The notes under the pieces were generated by a model. That model ran no database searches, was not told the DNA's origin, and was given only the letters and a program-made list of their open reading frames with translations. DNA of 62,553 bases, counting the filler, from Candidatus Woesearchaeota archaeon (GTDB taxonomy: Archaea; Nanobdellota; Nanobdellia; Woesearchaeales; B72-G16), in NCBI GenBank assembly GCA_003650545.1. It is 4 parts of 4 records of this genome, joined end to end, with 100 filler letters (N's around TTAATTAATTAA, not from the genome) between each part and the next. Parts side by side here need not be neighbours in the genome. Positions count along the whole stretch, not along the records: positions 1 to 17,806 come from QMQO01000027.1; positions 17,907 to 35,371 come from QMQO01000028.1; 2 more parts are not named here. One strand, written 5' to 3'. The position numbers and the translations under genes were made by a program. Positions within the stretch are counted from its first letter, which is position 1. Each line of letters opens with the position of its first letter. This document shows positions 8,857 through 18,114 of this stretch, piece by piece.

Positions 8857-10443
8857 ATGATTACGATACTTAGTAAATTTTTAAAAAAGCCTAAGCTGAA
8901 ACGAAAATTCATAATTGACTTCAGACCAAAACTAATAAAACTTCCAGAGATTAAAGACAAAAAACAAATAGATATAATTTATCCTCTGTTGCCACCTTTT
9001 GCCTATGCTAGAATATTCTGGGATACAAAGACTAAGCAGCTTGTTTATTTTCTAAAAGAGCCAAAACTAACAAAACAAGAGCAAGAGCAACTAACGATAA
9101 TTAAACAGGCACTGGTAGAACTAATCAATGTCAGTTATGTGAAAGCTAGCGAAGCGAATGTCCTGATTCCCTATCTTGAGAGGAATGTTAATTTTATAAT
9201 AAATGAGCTTCGTTTGCATATAGGAGATGAGAGCTATCAGAAAATTATGTATTACCTTTATCGAGATTTTGTTGGTCTCAACGAAATCGAGCCATTAATG
9301 GCTGATTATTTTATAGAAGACATAGAGTGCAATGGTGCAGGTTATCCTTTATATGTTGTGCACAGGAAATATCGCAGCATTCGCACAAACATCACAATCA
9401 AAGACACAAAATATTTAGCAAGGTTCGTTGAAAAGCTTGCACAAAAGTGTGGCAAATATGTGTCATTTGCAGATCCAATATTAGATGGTTCCTTGCCAGA
9501 TGGATCAAGAGTCAACGCAACTTATACAATAGATATCACAACGCGCGGTCCTACATTTACTATAAGAAAATTTACTAGAGAGCCATGGAGCCCCATTGAC
9601 TTAATGAATCTAGGCACAGCATCAGCAGAGATATTTGCATATATTTGGCTGACTGTACAAAACCGTTTTAATACAATCGTTATAGGTGAGACTGGCTCTG
9701 GCAAGACAACTTTCCTGAATGCTCTTCTTGCCTTTGTTCCACCAGAGGTAAGAATTGTTAGCATAGAAGATACGCGTGAGCTTAATCTGATCCATTCAAA
9801 TTGGCTGCCTGCTGTAACACGTCCTGGAATTGGAACACCAGATATTGAAGGAAAACGCTACGGCGAGGTTAGCTTGTTTTATCTATTAAAAGAAACTTTC
9901 AGACAAAATCCAGAGTATGTTGTTGTTGGGGAAACTCGAGGCCCTGAAACATATGTATTGTTTCAGGGAATGGCATCTGGCCATCCTTCATTCAGTACAT
10001 TCCATGCAAAAGATATCCACTCGTTAATAAGGCGTCTAGAAACACCACCTATAAATCTGTCTGCAAGTCTCATTGGAACTTTAGATGTTGTTATAGCGCT
10101 AACACACCAGAAAGATGGAAAAATAAACAAAAGAAGGTTACGCGAATTAGACGAAATCATAGAAGTGAAAGAAACAATAGGAAATATCCGCTACAACAGA
10201 TTATTCGAATGGGATCCTTTTGGTGACACATTTAAACAGCAACCAAGTTCATTTGTGCTACAGCAAATAAATAAACTAACAGGGATCAGCATGGAAGAGC
10301 TAGCCCTAGAGTATAAACGTCGTGTTAAACTGCTCAAAATAATGCAACACAGAAAAATCACTAACTTTGATAACTTCACCAAAATAGTAAGTCTTTACTA
10401 TAAGGATCCAAGTTTTGTTTTAAAGAATTTCGGAATAGAATGA
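8857..10443 (+). CDS. Type IV pilus assembly ATPase (PilB/FlaI/TadA family)
   Basis: Walker A GETGSGKT, SIEDTRE, RQNPEYVVVGETRG, GH..STFHA, TIRKF. Confidence 0.93.
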   Translation: MITILSKFLKKPKLKRKFIIDFRPKLIKLPEIKDKKQIDIIYPLLPPFAYARIFWDTKTKQLVYFLKEPKLTKQEQEQLTIIKQALVELINVSYVKASEANVLIPYLERNVNFIINELRLHIGDESYQKIMYYLYRDFVGLNEIEPLMADYFIEDIECNGAGYPLYVVHRKYRSIRTNITIKDTKYLARFVEKLAQKCGKYVSFADPILDGSLPDGSRVNATYTIDITTRGPTFTIRKFTREPWSPIDLMNLGTASAEIFAYIWLTVQNRFNTIVIGETGSGKTTFLNALLAFVPPEVRIVSIEDTRELNLIHSNWLPAVTRPGIGTPDIEGKRYGEVSLFYLLKETFRQNPEYVVVGETRGPETYVLFQGMASGHPSFSTFHAKDIHSLIRRLETPPINLSASLIGTLDVVIALTHQKDGKINKRRLRELDEIIEVKETIGNIRYNRLFEWDPFGDTFKQQPSSFVLQQINKLTGISMEELALEYKRRVKLLKIMQHRKITNFDNFTKIVSLYYKDPSFVLKNFGIE

Positions 10444-10455
10444 TGTGATATAATA

Positions 10456-12087
10456 ATGAAATCAAAAAAAAATCGTCTTTTGAAACAACTAAAGTTACTA
10501 AGAAAGCAATACGATGCAGGAATTATAACTCACAGCGAATATATCAGAAGAAAACTTAATGTTGAAAATAAACTGATGAAACGTGAAGCAGGATATGGAC
10601 TTACTGAAGAAGACATAAAGCATCTACAAAAATATGGTGTGATAAAAACACCCAAACAAATAGAGGCGCAAGCAAAACTTGTTGATGCAATTATATCAAA
10701 ATTCAAGAGAAGAAAATCAAAAATTAAAGTTGCAAAGCAACTTGCAAAGCAACCAGATGTTCTTAGAAGATTATACCTTAAAAAAAAACTTGCATGTGGA
10801 GAGCTACCAAAAAAACCAACAAGAAAAATATCAAGAATATCTTTTCTTGATCTAGCTAAAAATATATTTTCTTCAAAAACTAAACAAAAGAAAACAGTTA
10901 AAAAAAAAGTAGAGACATACGGAAAATCGAGTGTAAGAGAACTAATTTTAGAAAAACAAGTTGCTAAAAAGCAAATAAAAGCAAAAAAGATATCTTTAAG
11001 ATATAAACAAAGAAAACCAAAAAAAGAAACATCTGTAAGTTTGTTTGATAGATCAATCCAGAATGTTATACAAAAGTCTATGCAAGAAAAAGAAAAAAAG
11101 TTACGTTCAGAAATAAAAAAACTTTCTAAAGAAGATCTGCATAGGTTTATAGCTACAAGAAAAACAAAGAAAAAAGAAGAAGCTCTACAAACAGGACCTA
11201 AAACAGATCTCTTAGCAAAGATTGCTAACTCAACAATTGAGCGCTTGAGTCTAAGCTTTATCAAAAAGTCTCCTAAAACATTTGAGCAGCTTTATCAGAA
11301 CTACAAATTAAGTGGCATTGGTTATCTATTTAACACCTATGTCAACATAATGGTATTCTGTACAGTAGTCGTGTTTATATTTGCAACTGCTTTTTCCGTC
11401 ACACTTTTCTATTTACGTTATGATCCATTATATCTCTTTATATTAAAGGGGTTTTTTGCAGGAGCATTATCGGCTGCCATCACTTTTATTTTGTTTTACC
11501 TATATCCTAGTAGTAGAGCAAAGGTTAGAACAAGAAGTATTGATACAAATTTACCATTTGCAATAGACCATATGTCTGCTGTCGCACGTTCAGGAGTGCC
11601 ACCTATTAGCATACTAAGATTATTTGCAGAGACAAAAGAATATGGCCAGGTCTCAATCGAGATTAGAAAGATAGTTACCCTGGTTGATAATCTTGGTTAT
11701 GACCTTGAAACAGCTGTCAAAACAGTCGCTTCTAAGACACCTTCACAGCACATGCGCGATTTTTTAATTGGCCTGATCAACACAATAGACACAGGCGGTG
11801 ATTTAAATAAGTACCTAAGCTTAAAATCTGCCGACCTTAGAAGTGTTTATAACTTAACCAGGCAAAAGTTTATAGAAACAATCTCGCTATATTCAGATGT
11901 TTACACTGGTGTGATGATGACAGCTCCTCTTTTATTTGTTGTTATGTTTGTGTTAGTCAGCCTACTAGGCGGAAAAGTCGGCCCGTTTAATGTAAGAAAC
12001 CTTATAGCTATAAGCATTTATTTAATAGTCCCTGTTGTTAATTTTGCATTCCTGCTTTATTTAGAGTTTACACAACCAGGACAGTAA
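10456..12087 (+). CDS. TadC/FlaJ (T2SS F) platform protein with SHOCT-like, Lys-rich N-terminal extension
   Basis: C-terminal IDTNLPFA..HM..SG, YG.VS.E, TPS, GGDL..YL and TM helices. About 250-aa basic N-terminus. Confidence 0.85.
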   Translation: MKSKKNRLLKQLKLLRKQYDAGIITHSEYIRRKLNVENKLMKREAGYGLTEEDIKHLQKYGVIKTPKQIEAQAKLVDAIISKFKRRKSKIKVAKQLAKQPDVLRRLYLKKKLACGELPKKPTRKISRISFLDLAKNIFSSKTKQKKTVKKKVETYGKSSVRELILEKQVAKKQIKAKKISLRYKQRKPKKETSVSLFDRSIQNVIQKSMQEKEKKLRSEIKKLSKEDLHRFIATRKTKKKEEALQTGPKTDLLAKIANSTIERLSLSFIKKSPKTFEQLYQNYKLSGIGYLFNTYVNIMVFCTVVVFIFATAFSVTLFYLRYDPLYLFILKGFFAGALSAAITFILFYLYPSSRAKVRTRSIDTNLPFAIDHMSAVARSGVPPISILRLFAETKEYGQVSIEIRKIVTLVDNLGYDLETAVKTVASKTPSQHMRDFLIGLINTIDTGGDLNKYLSLKSADLRSVYNLTRQKFIETISLYSDVYTGVMMTAPLLFVVMFVLVSLLGGKVGPFNVRNLIAISIYLIVPVVNFAFLLYLEFTQPGQ

Positions 12088-12103
12088 AAAAAATGACAAT
12101 AAA

Positions 12104-13003
12104 ATGACAATAAAATTGAGCATAAACCACATCGTAGGAATCATTTTAGGAATCTCGGTTATAGTTGTAGATCTGGTTTTCCTAAGGAACACCAAATGGG
12201 TGTTTCCAGTTTTTATATTTGGTGTTGCTTTATTCTTCCTTCAGTATCTTTTAGAATATTTTCAAAGTGTGCAAAAAATATCAAGATTAGAAGATATATT
12301 TCCTAGCTTTGTTGAAGATTTGGTCTCTGCACTAAAATCAGGCATTCCCATGCATAAAGCTATCATTACTATTGGCAAGAACGATTATGGAGAGCTTAAT
12401 CCTTACATCAGGAAGTTAGCTAATCAAGTTGAATGGAATATCAGTTTAGACGATGCCTTGCGGACGTTTGCTAGAGAAACAAAAAGCAACATCATCAAAC
12501 GCGCCATCGAGACGGTGATGGAAGCAGAAAGTTATGGTGGCAACATTGGAACAGTATTGAGTTCAGTTACAGACTCTCTTATTAACATTAAAGAGATAAA
12601 AAAGAAGCGTGAAGCGACAATTCATGCACAGATAATTCAGAATTATATAATATTCATGGTGTTCTTAGCTGTTATAATTGTCATACAAAATTTTGTTGTA
12701 CCTTTCATGGCCCTTTACGAAAGCACTACTGGAATAGCGTCTGAGATTGTCCAAACAGGTTTACGAGAATTGCAGGTATCAGTTAGCATCGATTTTTCTT
12801 CTGCATTAGGATTCATTAGTTCCATCATAGCTTGGCTACAAAGCTTGAATGGATTATTCATAATGTTAGTCGTCATACAGGGTTTTTTAGCTGGTTTGGT
12901 TATTGGCAAGTTATCTACAGGAAACATTAGAGCTGGTTTGAAACACTCTGCAATATTAGCTATTCTTGGTTTGCTTGTGATCACGATTGCACAGGCGATA
13001 TAA
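12104..13003 (+). CDS. TadC/FlaJ (T2SS F) platform protein
   Basis: FPSFVEDL...SG, DYGEL, GGNI, QGFLAGLVIGKL...AGLKH. Confidence 0.88.
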   Translation: MTIKLSINHIVGIILGISVIVVDLVFLRNTKWVFPVFIFGVALFFLQYLLEYFQSVQKISRLEDIFPSFVEDLVSALKSGIPMHKAIITIGKNDYGELNPYIRKLANQVEWNISLDDALRTFARETKSNIIKRAIETVMEAESYGGNIGTVLSSVTDSLINIKEIKKKREATIHAQIIQNYIIFMVFLAVIIVIQNFVVPFMALYESTTGIASEIVQTGLRELQVSVSIDFSSALGFISSIIAWLQSLNGLFIMLVVIQGFLAGLVIGKLSTGNIRAGLKHSAILAILGLLVITIAQAI

Positions 13004-13049
13004 AACAAAAAATAAAAAGAAAATAAAAAATTGATAAAAGAATTGATAA

Positions 13050-13076
13050 AAGGCGAGTCCTGTAAGGCTTCGCTTT
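13050..13076. terminator. Imperfect hairpin between convergent genes
   Basis: AAGGCGAGTCC-TGTAA-GGCTTCGCTTT after the pilus operon. Confidence 0.35.
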
Positions 13077-13171
13077 GACTTTGCTATGATAAAGCTATTG
13101 TGAAACTAAGTGTTGGAAATTTCTGAGTTATAAATAATTTCTACAGCTATATAAAATTCTTAAAATTAGAA

Positions 13172-13714
13172 TCAACAGACACTCAAGAATAGTCTTAAGT
13201 CGCGGCCAGTGACACCTGTACCATTTAAAGTTTTTTCATTATTAATGCAGATCAAGTAAGGTGGTGTGACCGATGTCAGATTTAATTGCGATTCCAGCTC
13301 TAGCTCATTGCCGCGTTTCAGCCAATAAGTATTCTTGTAGTTTTGAACATATAACCTTACCGCTTCACTATTCTGACTGTCGTCATAGTAGAATATCAAG
13401 CTGTAGTTTTCAAGTCTTTTAGGCAGATTTGCTTTTATATTTGATTTTACATAACAATCATTGCTTTTATCACAGCTTTTATCGCTGCTTTTATCACCTT
13501 TTACTCTGATACATTCAGTAGCAGATATATTCATATTCTCAGGTGTTATTGCAACAAGTTCTGTTTTATTTGAAACAATCTTGTTTGTTTCTGAATAAAC
13601 TATTGTTTTTGCATTTGTCATTATATATAGATAACCAAAAGACGATAACACTGCAAGTATGCAAACTATTAAAATAATTGTTAGTACGATTACAATTTTG
13701 TCTGCTCTGTTCAC
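13172..13714 (-). CDS. Membrane-anchored thioredoxin-fold-like protein lacking CxxC
   Basis: N-terminal TM; IFYYDDSQNS...YWLK...TPPYLIC. Paralog of the next gene. Confidence 0.5.
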   Translation of the reverse strand: MNRADKIVIVLTIILIVCILAVLSSFGYLYIMTNAKTIVYSETNKIVSNKTELVAITPENMNISATECIRVKGDKSSDKSCDKSNDCYVKSNIKANLPKRLENYSLIFYYDDSQNSEAVRLYVQNYKNTYWLKRGNELELESQLNLTSVTPPYLICINNEKTLNGTGVTGRDLRLFLSVC

Positions 13715-13715
13715 T

Positions 13716-14252
13716 TTAACTGCATCTTTCTATAAAATCTTGAAGTTGAGACTCTGAAATCTCTCCTCTAATAACTTGCATGCTGCTGTAACACATAAAA
13801 GAAGGAACAGCACCATTTAAAGCAAGTTCTGCTTCGAAGACAGGATCATCACCTGCTTTTAACCAGTATATGGCAGGATGCTCCTTGACAAGTTGTTTCA
13901 TGTTTTCACTGTGAGGCTCGTCAGCATAATAGAATACAACTGTTCCAGATGGTAGTGTGTTTTCACTTGTTGCTTTATTAGGACTGGTAGGACTTTCATT
14001 TTTGATTTTATCCATATTATCAGGATAGAGCAGATTCTCTGTTGCTTGCTCGGATTTATCTTGTACTTTATCTTGTGCGCTATTATTCTTGACAATAAAC
14101 TTTTGTGGGGTGTTTATCTTCTTGTTTTGATTATTATTGTTTTGGTTATTATACTTCTCATTAAAATAAACATAGCTTAACAGAAGTGCCACTATTGCAA
14201 TCAAAATTACCAAAATAGTAAACAATAGCCATAAAATTTTATCTTGATTCAT
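13716..14252 (-). CDS. Membrane-anchored thioredoxin-fold-like protein lacking CxxC
   Basis: N-terminal TM, Asn-rich linker, VVFYYADEPHSENM...VPSFMC...GEISESQLQDF. Confidence 0.55.
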   Translation of the reverse strand: MNQDKILWLLFTILVILIAIVALLLSYVYFNEKYNNQNNNNQNKKINTPQKFIVKNNSAQDKVQDKSEQATENLLYPDNMDKIKNESPTSPNKATSENTLPSGTVVFYYADEPHSENMKQLVKEHPAIYWLKAGDDPVFEAELALNGAVPSFMCYSSMQVIRGEISESQLQDFIERCS

Positions 14253-14255
14253 TTT

Positions 14256-15110
14256 TTAACGTGTAAGACAGGCATCAACATAGGTAAATAACTTCTCTAG
14301 TGTTTCTGTGTTTCTAAGACTGATAAAGCAAAGTTTTGGCGCAACCATACCTATATAGTCTGCATAGGTTGGATCCCACAATTTTCTAGATTTTTGTTCG
14401 ATTACGCTAAAGCTATGCTCTTCGCCATTTAGTGCTGGATCAGAATTGTCTAAAAGGTAAGAACCTTCTACAATATCATCACCATGTTTTCCAAACATTA
14501 TACAGACGTCTTTTTCGTAGTCAGAATAATTTGTGCATAGCATATAAGAGCTTGTTGCTGGAACTGTAAAGTTATAACCTGAACATTCAAAAGCGTAATC
14601 AATTTCTATTGTTGGTATGCCTTTTTCTTGCAGATAACTATTTGTAAAATTTTTTGCATCGAATTGGCCAGGATGTACTTGTTTGTTGTTTGATGTTAAG
14701 CACGCATCCGTGATTGTATCTGTACAGCAAACCCTTACAGCCAAGTTTGTTGGCCTTTCGATGTAAGATTGAGTTGGAATAGTAAATGTTGGGTTTGCGC
14801 TATCTGCGATTTCTTCGTTATTCCTAAGCCAGTACTCAACATAACTCGTTCTTTTGTTTAAATCACCATATAAACAGGACGCATAATAACTAACTGTATC
14901 ACCTGTATAGATATTTGTTGAGTCATTAGAGCCTGATTGAGCCTCAATCCTACTATGGGTTATGGCAACAGGCGTATAAGTTCCTTGCTGGTTGCCACCT
15001 TCAGGAACGCCGCCACCACCGCTTCCCCCACAACCAGTTGTAGCATAGCTAAGTAATATTGTGCCTATACTCAACGCGGCAATGCTGATAAATCTCGACA
15101 ATCGTTTCAT
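14256..15110 (-). CDS. Putative lipoprotein
   Basis: Basic N-terminus, hydrophobic stretch, TTG-C followed by GGSGGGG linker. Confidence 0.6.
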   Translation of the reverse strand: MKRLSRFISIAALSIGTILLSYATTGCGGSGGGGVPEGGNQQGTYTPVAITHSRIEAQSGSNDSTNIYTGDTVSYYASCLYGDLNKRTSYVEYWLRNNEEIADSANPTFTIPTQSYIERPTNLAVRVCCTDTITDACLTSNNKQVHPGQFDAKNFTNSYLQEKGIPTIEIDYAFECSGYNFTVPATSSYMLCTNYSDYEKDVCIMFGKHGDDIVEGSYLLDNSDPALNGEEHSFSVIEQKSRKLWDPTYADYIGMVAPKLCFISLRNTETLEKLFTYVDACLTR

Positions 15111-15177
15111 TCAGATCCCTCCAATTTCTTAACATAAATCTTATAAATAAGTCTCTATCAATCACAGAACTCTTTTT

Positions 15178-17805
15178 TTAGTTGATAATAGTAACACTTC
15201 CAGATAGCTCGTTATTGTTTTCTGAAAGTTCTGCAACCTTATTTTCTTTATCAACTGTTATTGTATAAGCATATGTTCCCGGATTAGAGTAACTATGTAT
15301 GTAATGCACGGTCTTCTTGTGATGAGCTTTCACTTTGATAGGACGCTGTGATGTATATGTTGTTCCAAGATCGTCTTTAAACGTCCAGTAGACATCATCA
15401 GCATCGGCATCTCCTATGTTTTTTATGATTATTTTGATGCTGAATTTATGGTTTGCTTTTGGTGTATTTACTGTTGCCCCTGTTTCAGCAACAATAAGGT
15501 CTGGTTTACCAGAATCGATAACATTTACTATCCATGTCTGACTTGTTTTCAGGCCGTAAGGATCTGTGACATCAAGTCTGACACTATAACTGCCTGTATT
15601 TTGGAAGTTAATTGTTATAGAGTTACTTTCTCCTTGTAGTTCGCCATCAAGGTACCATCTATATTTAATAGGATCTTTGTCAGGGTCGTATACTAGAGCA
15701 GAAAACTCATGTCGGCCTTTAACTACTTGTACCGTGCTCTGATCTGGGCTAACCTGCGTTATCACCGGTGCTCGGTTTGGCACAACATCATTGATCGTTA
15801 TACTTATCTGCTGTGAATCTTCTAACTCACCATCTGTTACATGTACTGTAACATTGTATTTACCTGCGTCATTATAATCCGTCTGCCATGTGTTAGTCAT
15901 CATATCACCAGTGTAATAGTAGGTAAGACTGTCTCCATCGGGATCATGAGCAACAGGATTTATCTCTATTAGATCACCTTCGTTTACAACAATATCTGGA
16001 ATGTAGTTAAGCACTGGTGGATGATTTTCAGTTGGTTCGCTATAGAAATATATGTGCCATACTATTGATGCATTTAGTTCACCATCTGATGCTGTAACTT
16101 TTACATAGGTTTCTCTTTGAATATTTCTAATTGTAAAACTATCTTTGTCTCCAGAGATTTGTCTAACAAGAGTATTGTCCAAGAACCAATATAGAGTCAA
16201 TTCGTCACCGTCTGGATCATCGAATTCTGCACTAAAGGTTACATCTTGCCCACGATAAATTTGATAATTTTTAGATGGGGAGTAATTTTCTACATCAGGT
16301 CTGTGATTATCCCTTTCAAGTATACTTCTAACTTCTATATTTATTGTTTGTGAATCTGTATAAGTACCATCAGACACTTTTACAGTAACTGTATAGTTTC
16401 CTTCGTCTCCTTTTTCTGTTATCCACTTATTTCCGTTCATATCCCCAGAGTAAGTAAATGTTAGAGTATTACCATTAGGATCATAAGCTGTTGGATTAAT
16501 GACGACAGTATCTCCTTCATAGACAACTATATCTTCAATCCAGTTTAATATGGGTCTATCAGCTTCATCATAAACCTTTGCCCAGATATATGGGCCTGAT
16601 CCAGGAAGACAGTTTTCGACTTCTGAATCAGATGCAGTTTCATCTTTATCGCATGTCTTAATCGTGATTGCACCGTCGCCAGATGCAAAAGTGATTCTTG
16701 CTGCTCTATCTAACACACCATGATTGGACAATAAATACCTTGCCTTCACTGTTGCTGGATGCAATATATTGTCCCATTTTGCTATATAGTTCCAATTGCC
16801 TGTTCCATCGTCCATAATAACCCCGTTTCCTGTTTTAGGCTTATACCAATTTAAAATAACTTCATAAGGATAACCATAACTAGCCTCACCATCACATTTC
16901 TCATCAATTTTTCCATCACTACACCAACCATTTGTAAACATATAGTAGCCATCTGTGTTTATATCAACATAATGCGTTGAAGAATCGTATGCACCATACA
17001 TATAATCCATTAGAGATGGATGCATAGTTGTTGATTTCAAGTAAGCAACCGTTACTATAGGCTCATCAAATCTAAAGAAATATAAGCCACGCTCAGAATA
17101 AAATCTGACATTTTCTCCAGCATCAATGAATACATTTTCATTTGGTCCTATTATTCCTAATTGTGTATAATTAAACTGTCCTATCATTTGCGAATATCGA
17201 TAGTCCCCTGGATCTCCAAATTTGTCTTCTTGTGAATGTAATGTTACAAGTGCTCCAGCTGTCCAATCAAAGTGATATTCGCTCAATTGTACAACTGTTA
17301 AATTCCATTCTTTGTATGCCTGTAATGAACCGTCTGTGACTACTACTTTTACAGTGTGTACCCCTATATTTGTATTTGAACCAATGAAAGTATAAGTGTT
17401 CCCTATACCAGAACTGACATCATCTATAAACCATTCGTAGGACAGGCTGTCACCATCTGTATCGCTTGCAGTTACAATAAAAACTTGGCTTTGAGTTTCT
17501 AGAATTTCTGGATTTGATGTTGGGATGAATGATCTGATTTCTGGTGCGTCATTGATACAGTTCTGATCAACATCGTCATCAAGTTCTGTTGCACCTGGAT
17601 ATATGCTTGCATTATTATCATCACAGTCTACTGTATTGTCATAACCATCTCCATCTAAATCGACAATATAATCGCAGTACAATACATTCCTGTATTCTGT
17701 AAAGGTTGTATTTTGGATCTCTCCACAGTTGTTGGTATCGTACTGTGTCAAGTTCCTTGACTGGTTCATTGTGTTGTCTGGAAGACATGTTATGTTAAAC
17801 CAGTC
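15178..17805 (-). CDS. Large surface protein, 5' truncated by contig end: MopE-like metal-binding repeat, tandem Ig/PKD/cadherin-like repeats, C-terminal CARDB-like domain
   Basis: Frame stays open to the contig edge (DWFNITCLPDNTMNQ...). DLDGDGY..DCDDNNASIYPGATE, repeated N.AP..DPDGD.L.Y.W, PDLIV...KNIG...V.EL.E.NN. Confidence 0.8.
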   Translation of the reverse strand, partial: DWFNITCLPDNTMNQSRNLTQYDTNNCGEIQNTTFTEYRNVLYCDYIVDLDGDGYDNTVDCDDNNASIYPGATELDDDVDQNCINDAPEIRSFIPTSNPEILETQSQVFIVTASDTDGDSLSYEWFIDDVSSGIGNTYTFIGSNTNIGVHTVKVVVTDGSLQAYKEWNLTVVQLSEYHFDWTAGALVTLHSQEDKFGDPGDYRYSQMIGQFNYTQLGIIGPNENVFIDAGENVRFYSERGLYFFRFDEPIVTVAYLKSTTMHPSLMDYMYGAYDSSTHYVDINTDGYYMFTNGWCSDGKIDEKCDGEASYGYPYEVILNWYKPKTGNGVIMDDGTGNWNYIAKWDNILHPATVKARYLLSNHGVLDRAARITFASGDGAITIKTCDKDETASDSEVENCLPGSGPYIWAKVYDEADRPILNWIEDIVVYEGDTVVINPTAYDPNGNTLTFTYSGDMNGNKWITEKGDEGNYTVTVKVSDGTYTDSQTINIEVRSILERDNHRPDVENYSPSKNYQIYRGQDVTFSAEFDDPDGDELTLYWFLDNTLVRQISGDKDSFTIRNIQRETYVKVTASDGELNASIVWHIYFYSEPTENHPPVLNYIPDIVVNEGDLIEINPVAHDPDGDSLTYYYTGDMMTNTWQTDYNDAGKYNVTVHVTDGELEDSQQISITINDVVPNRAPVITQVSPDQSTVQVVKGRHEFSALVYDPDKDPIKYRWYLDGELQGESNSITINFQNTGSYSVRLDVTDPYGLKTSQTWIVNVIDSGKPDLIVAETGATVNTPKANHKFSIKIIIKNIGDADADDVYWTFKDDLGTTYTSQRPIKVKAHHKKTVHYIHSYSNPGTYAYTITVDKENKVAELSENNNELSGSVTIIN

Positions 17806-17806
17806 A

Positions 17807-17906
17807 NNNNNNNNNNNNNNNNNNNNNNNNNNNNNNNNNNNNNNNNNNNNTTAATTAATTAANNNNNNNNNNNNNNNNNNNNNNNNNNNNNNNNNNNNNN
17901 NNNNNN
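17807..17906. other. Artificial contig linker
   Basis: 44 N + TTAATTAATTAA + 44 N. Confidence 0.98.
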
Positions 17907-18114
17907 ATCTAATGTATAGTCATATTATTACTAATTATTCATTTTAAAAAGCATTTTCTCAAGATTATTTCAAAAAAAAATTAAAATCCTATTTTTATAT
18001 TTCTTCTTTTAGCAATCTTTTAGCTTTTAGCCCTCAATATTTAATCATATCAGTTATTATTTTATTTTTACACCATTCATAATACAACATTCTGCTGTCA
18101 AGATATCTTAATAG

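Noticed and set aside
10530..11264. Long antisense ORFs, also 33067-33507, 44928-45389, 51458-51985, 59781-60419
   Set aside because: Phe/Leu/Ser-rich mirror frames, mostly of Lys/Glu-rich genes, lying on the opposite strand of better-supported CDSs.
5355..13003. Archaellum operon
   Set aside because: No FlaH, FlaF or FlaG recognisable, and two TadC-like genes fit an adhesion pilus better.
17807..17906. TTAATTAATTAA palindrome in N runs, three times
   Set aside because: Identical 100-nt all-frame-stop linker added during contig concatenation; not biological.
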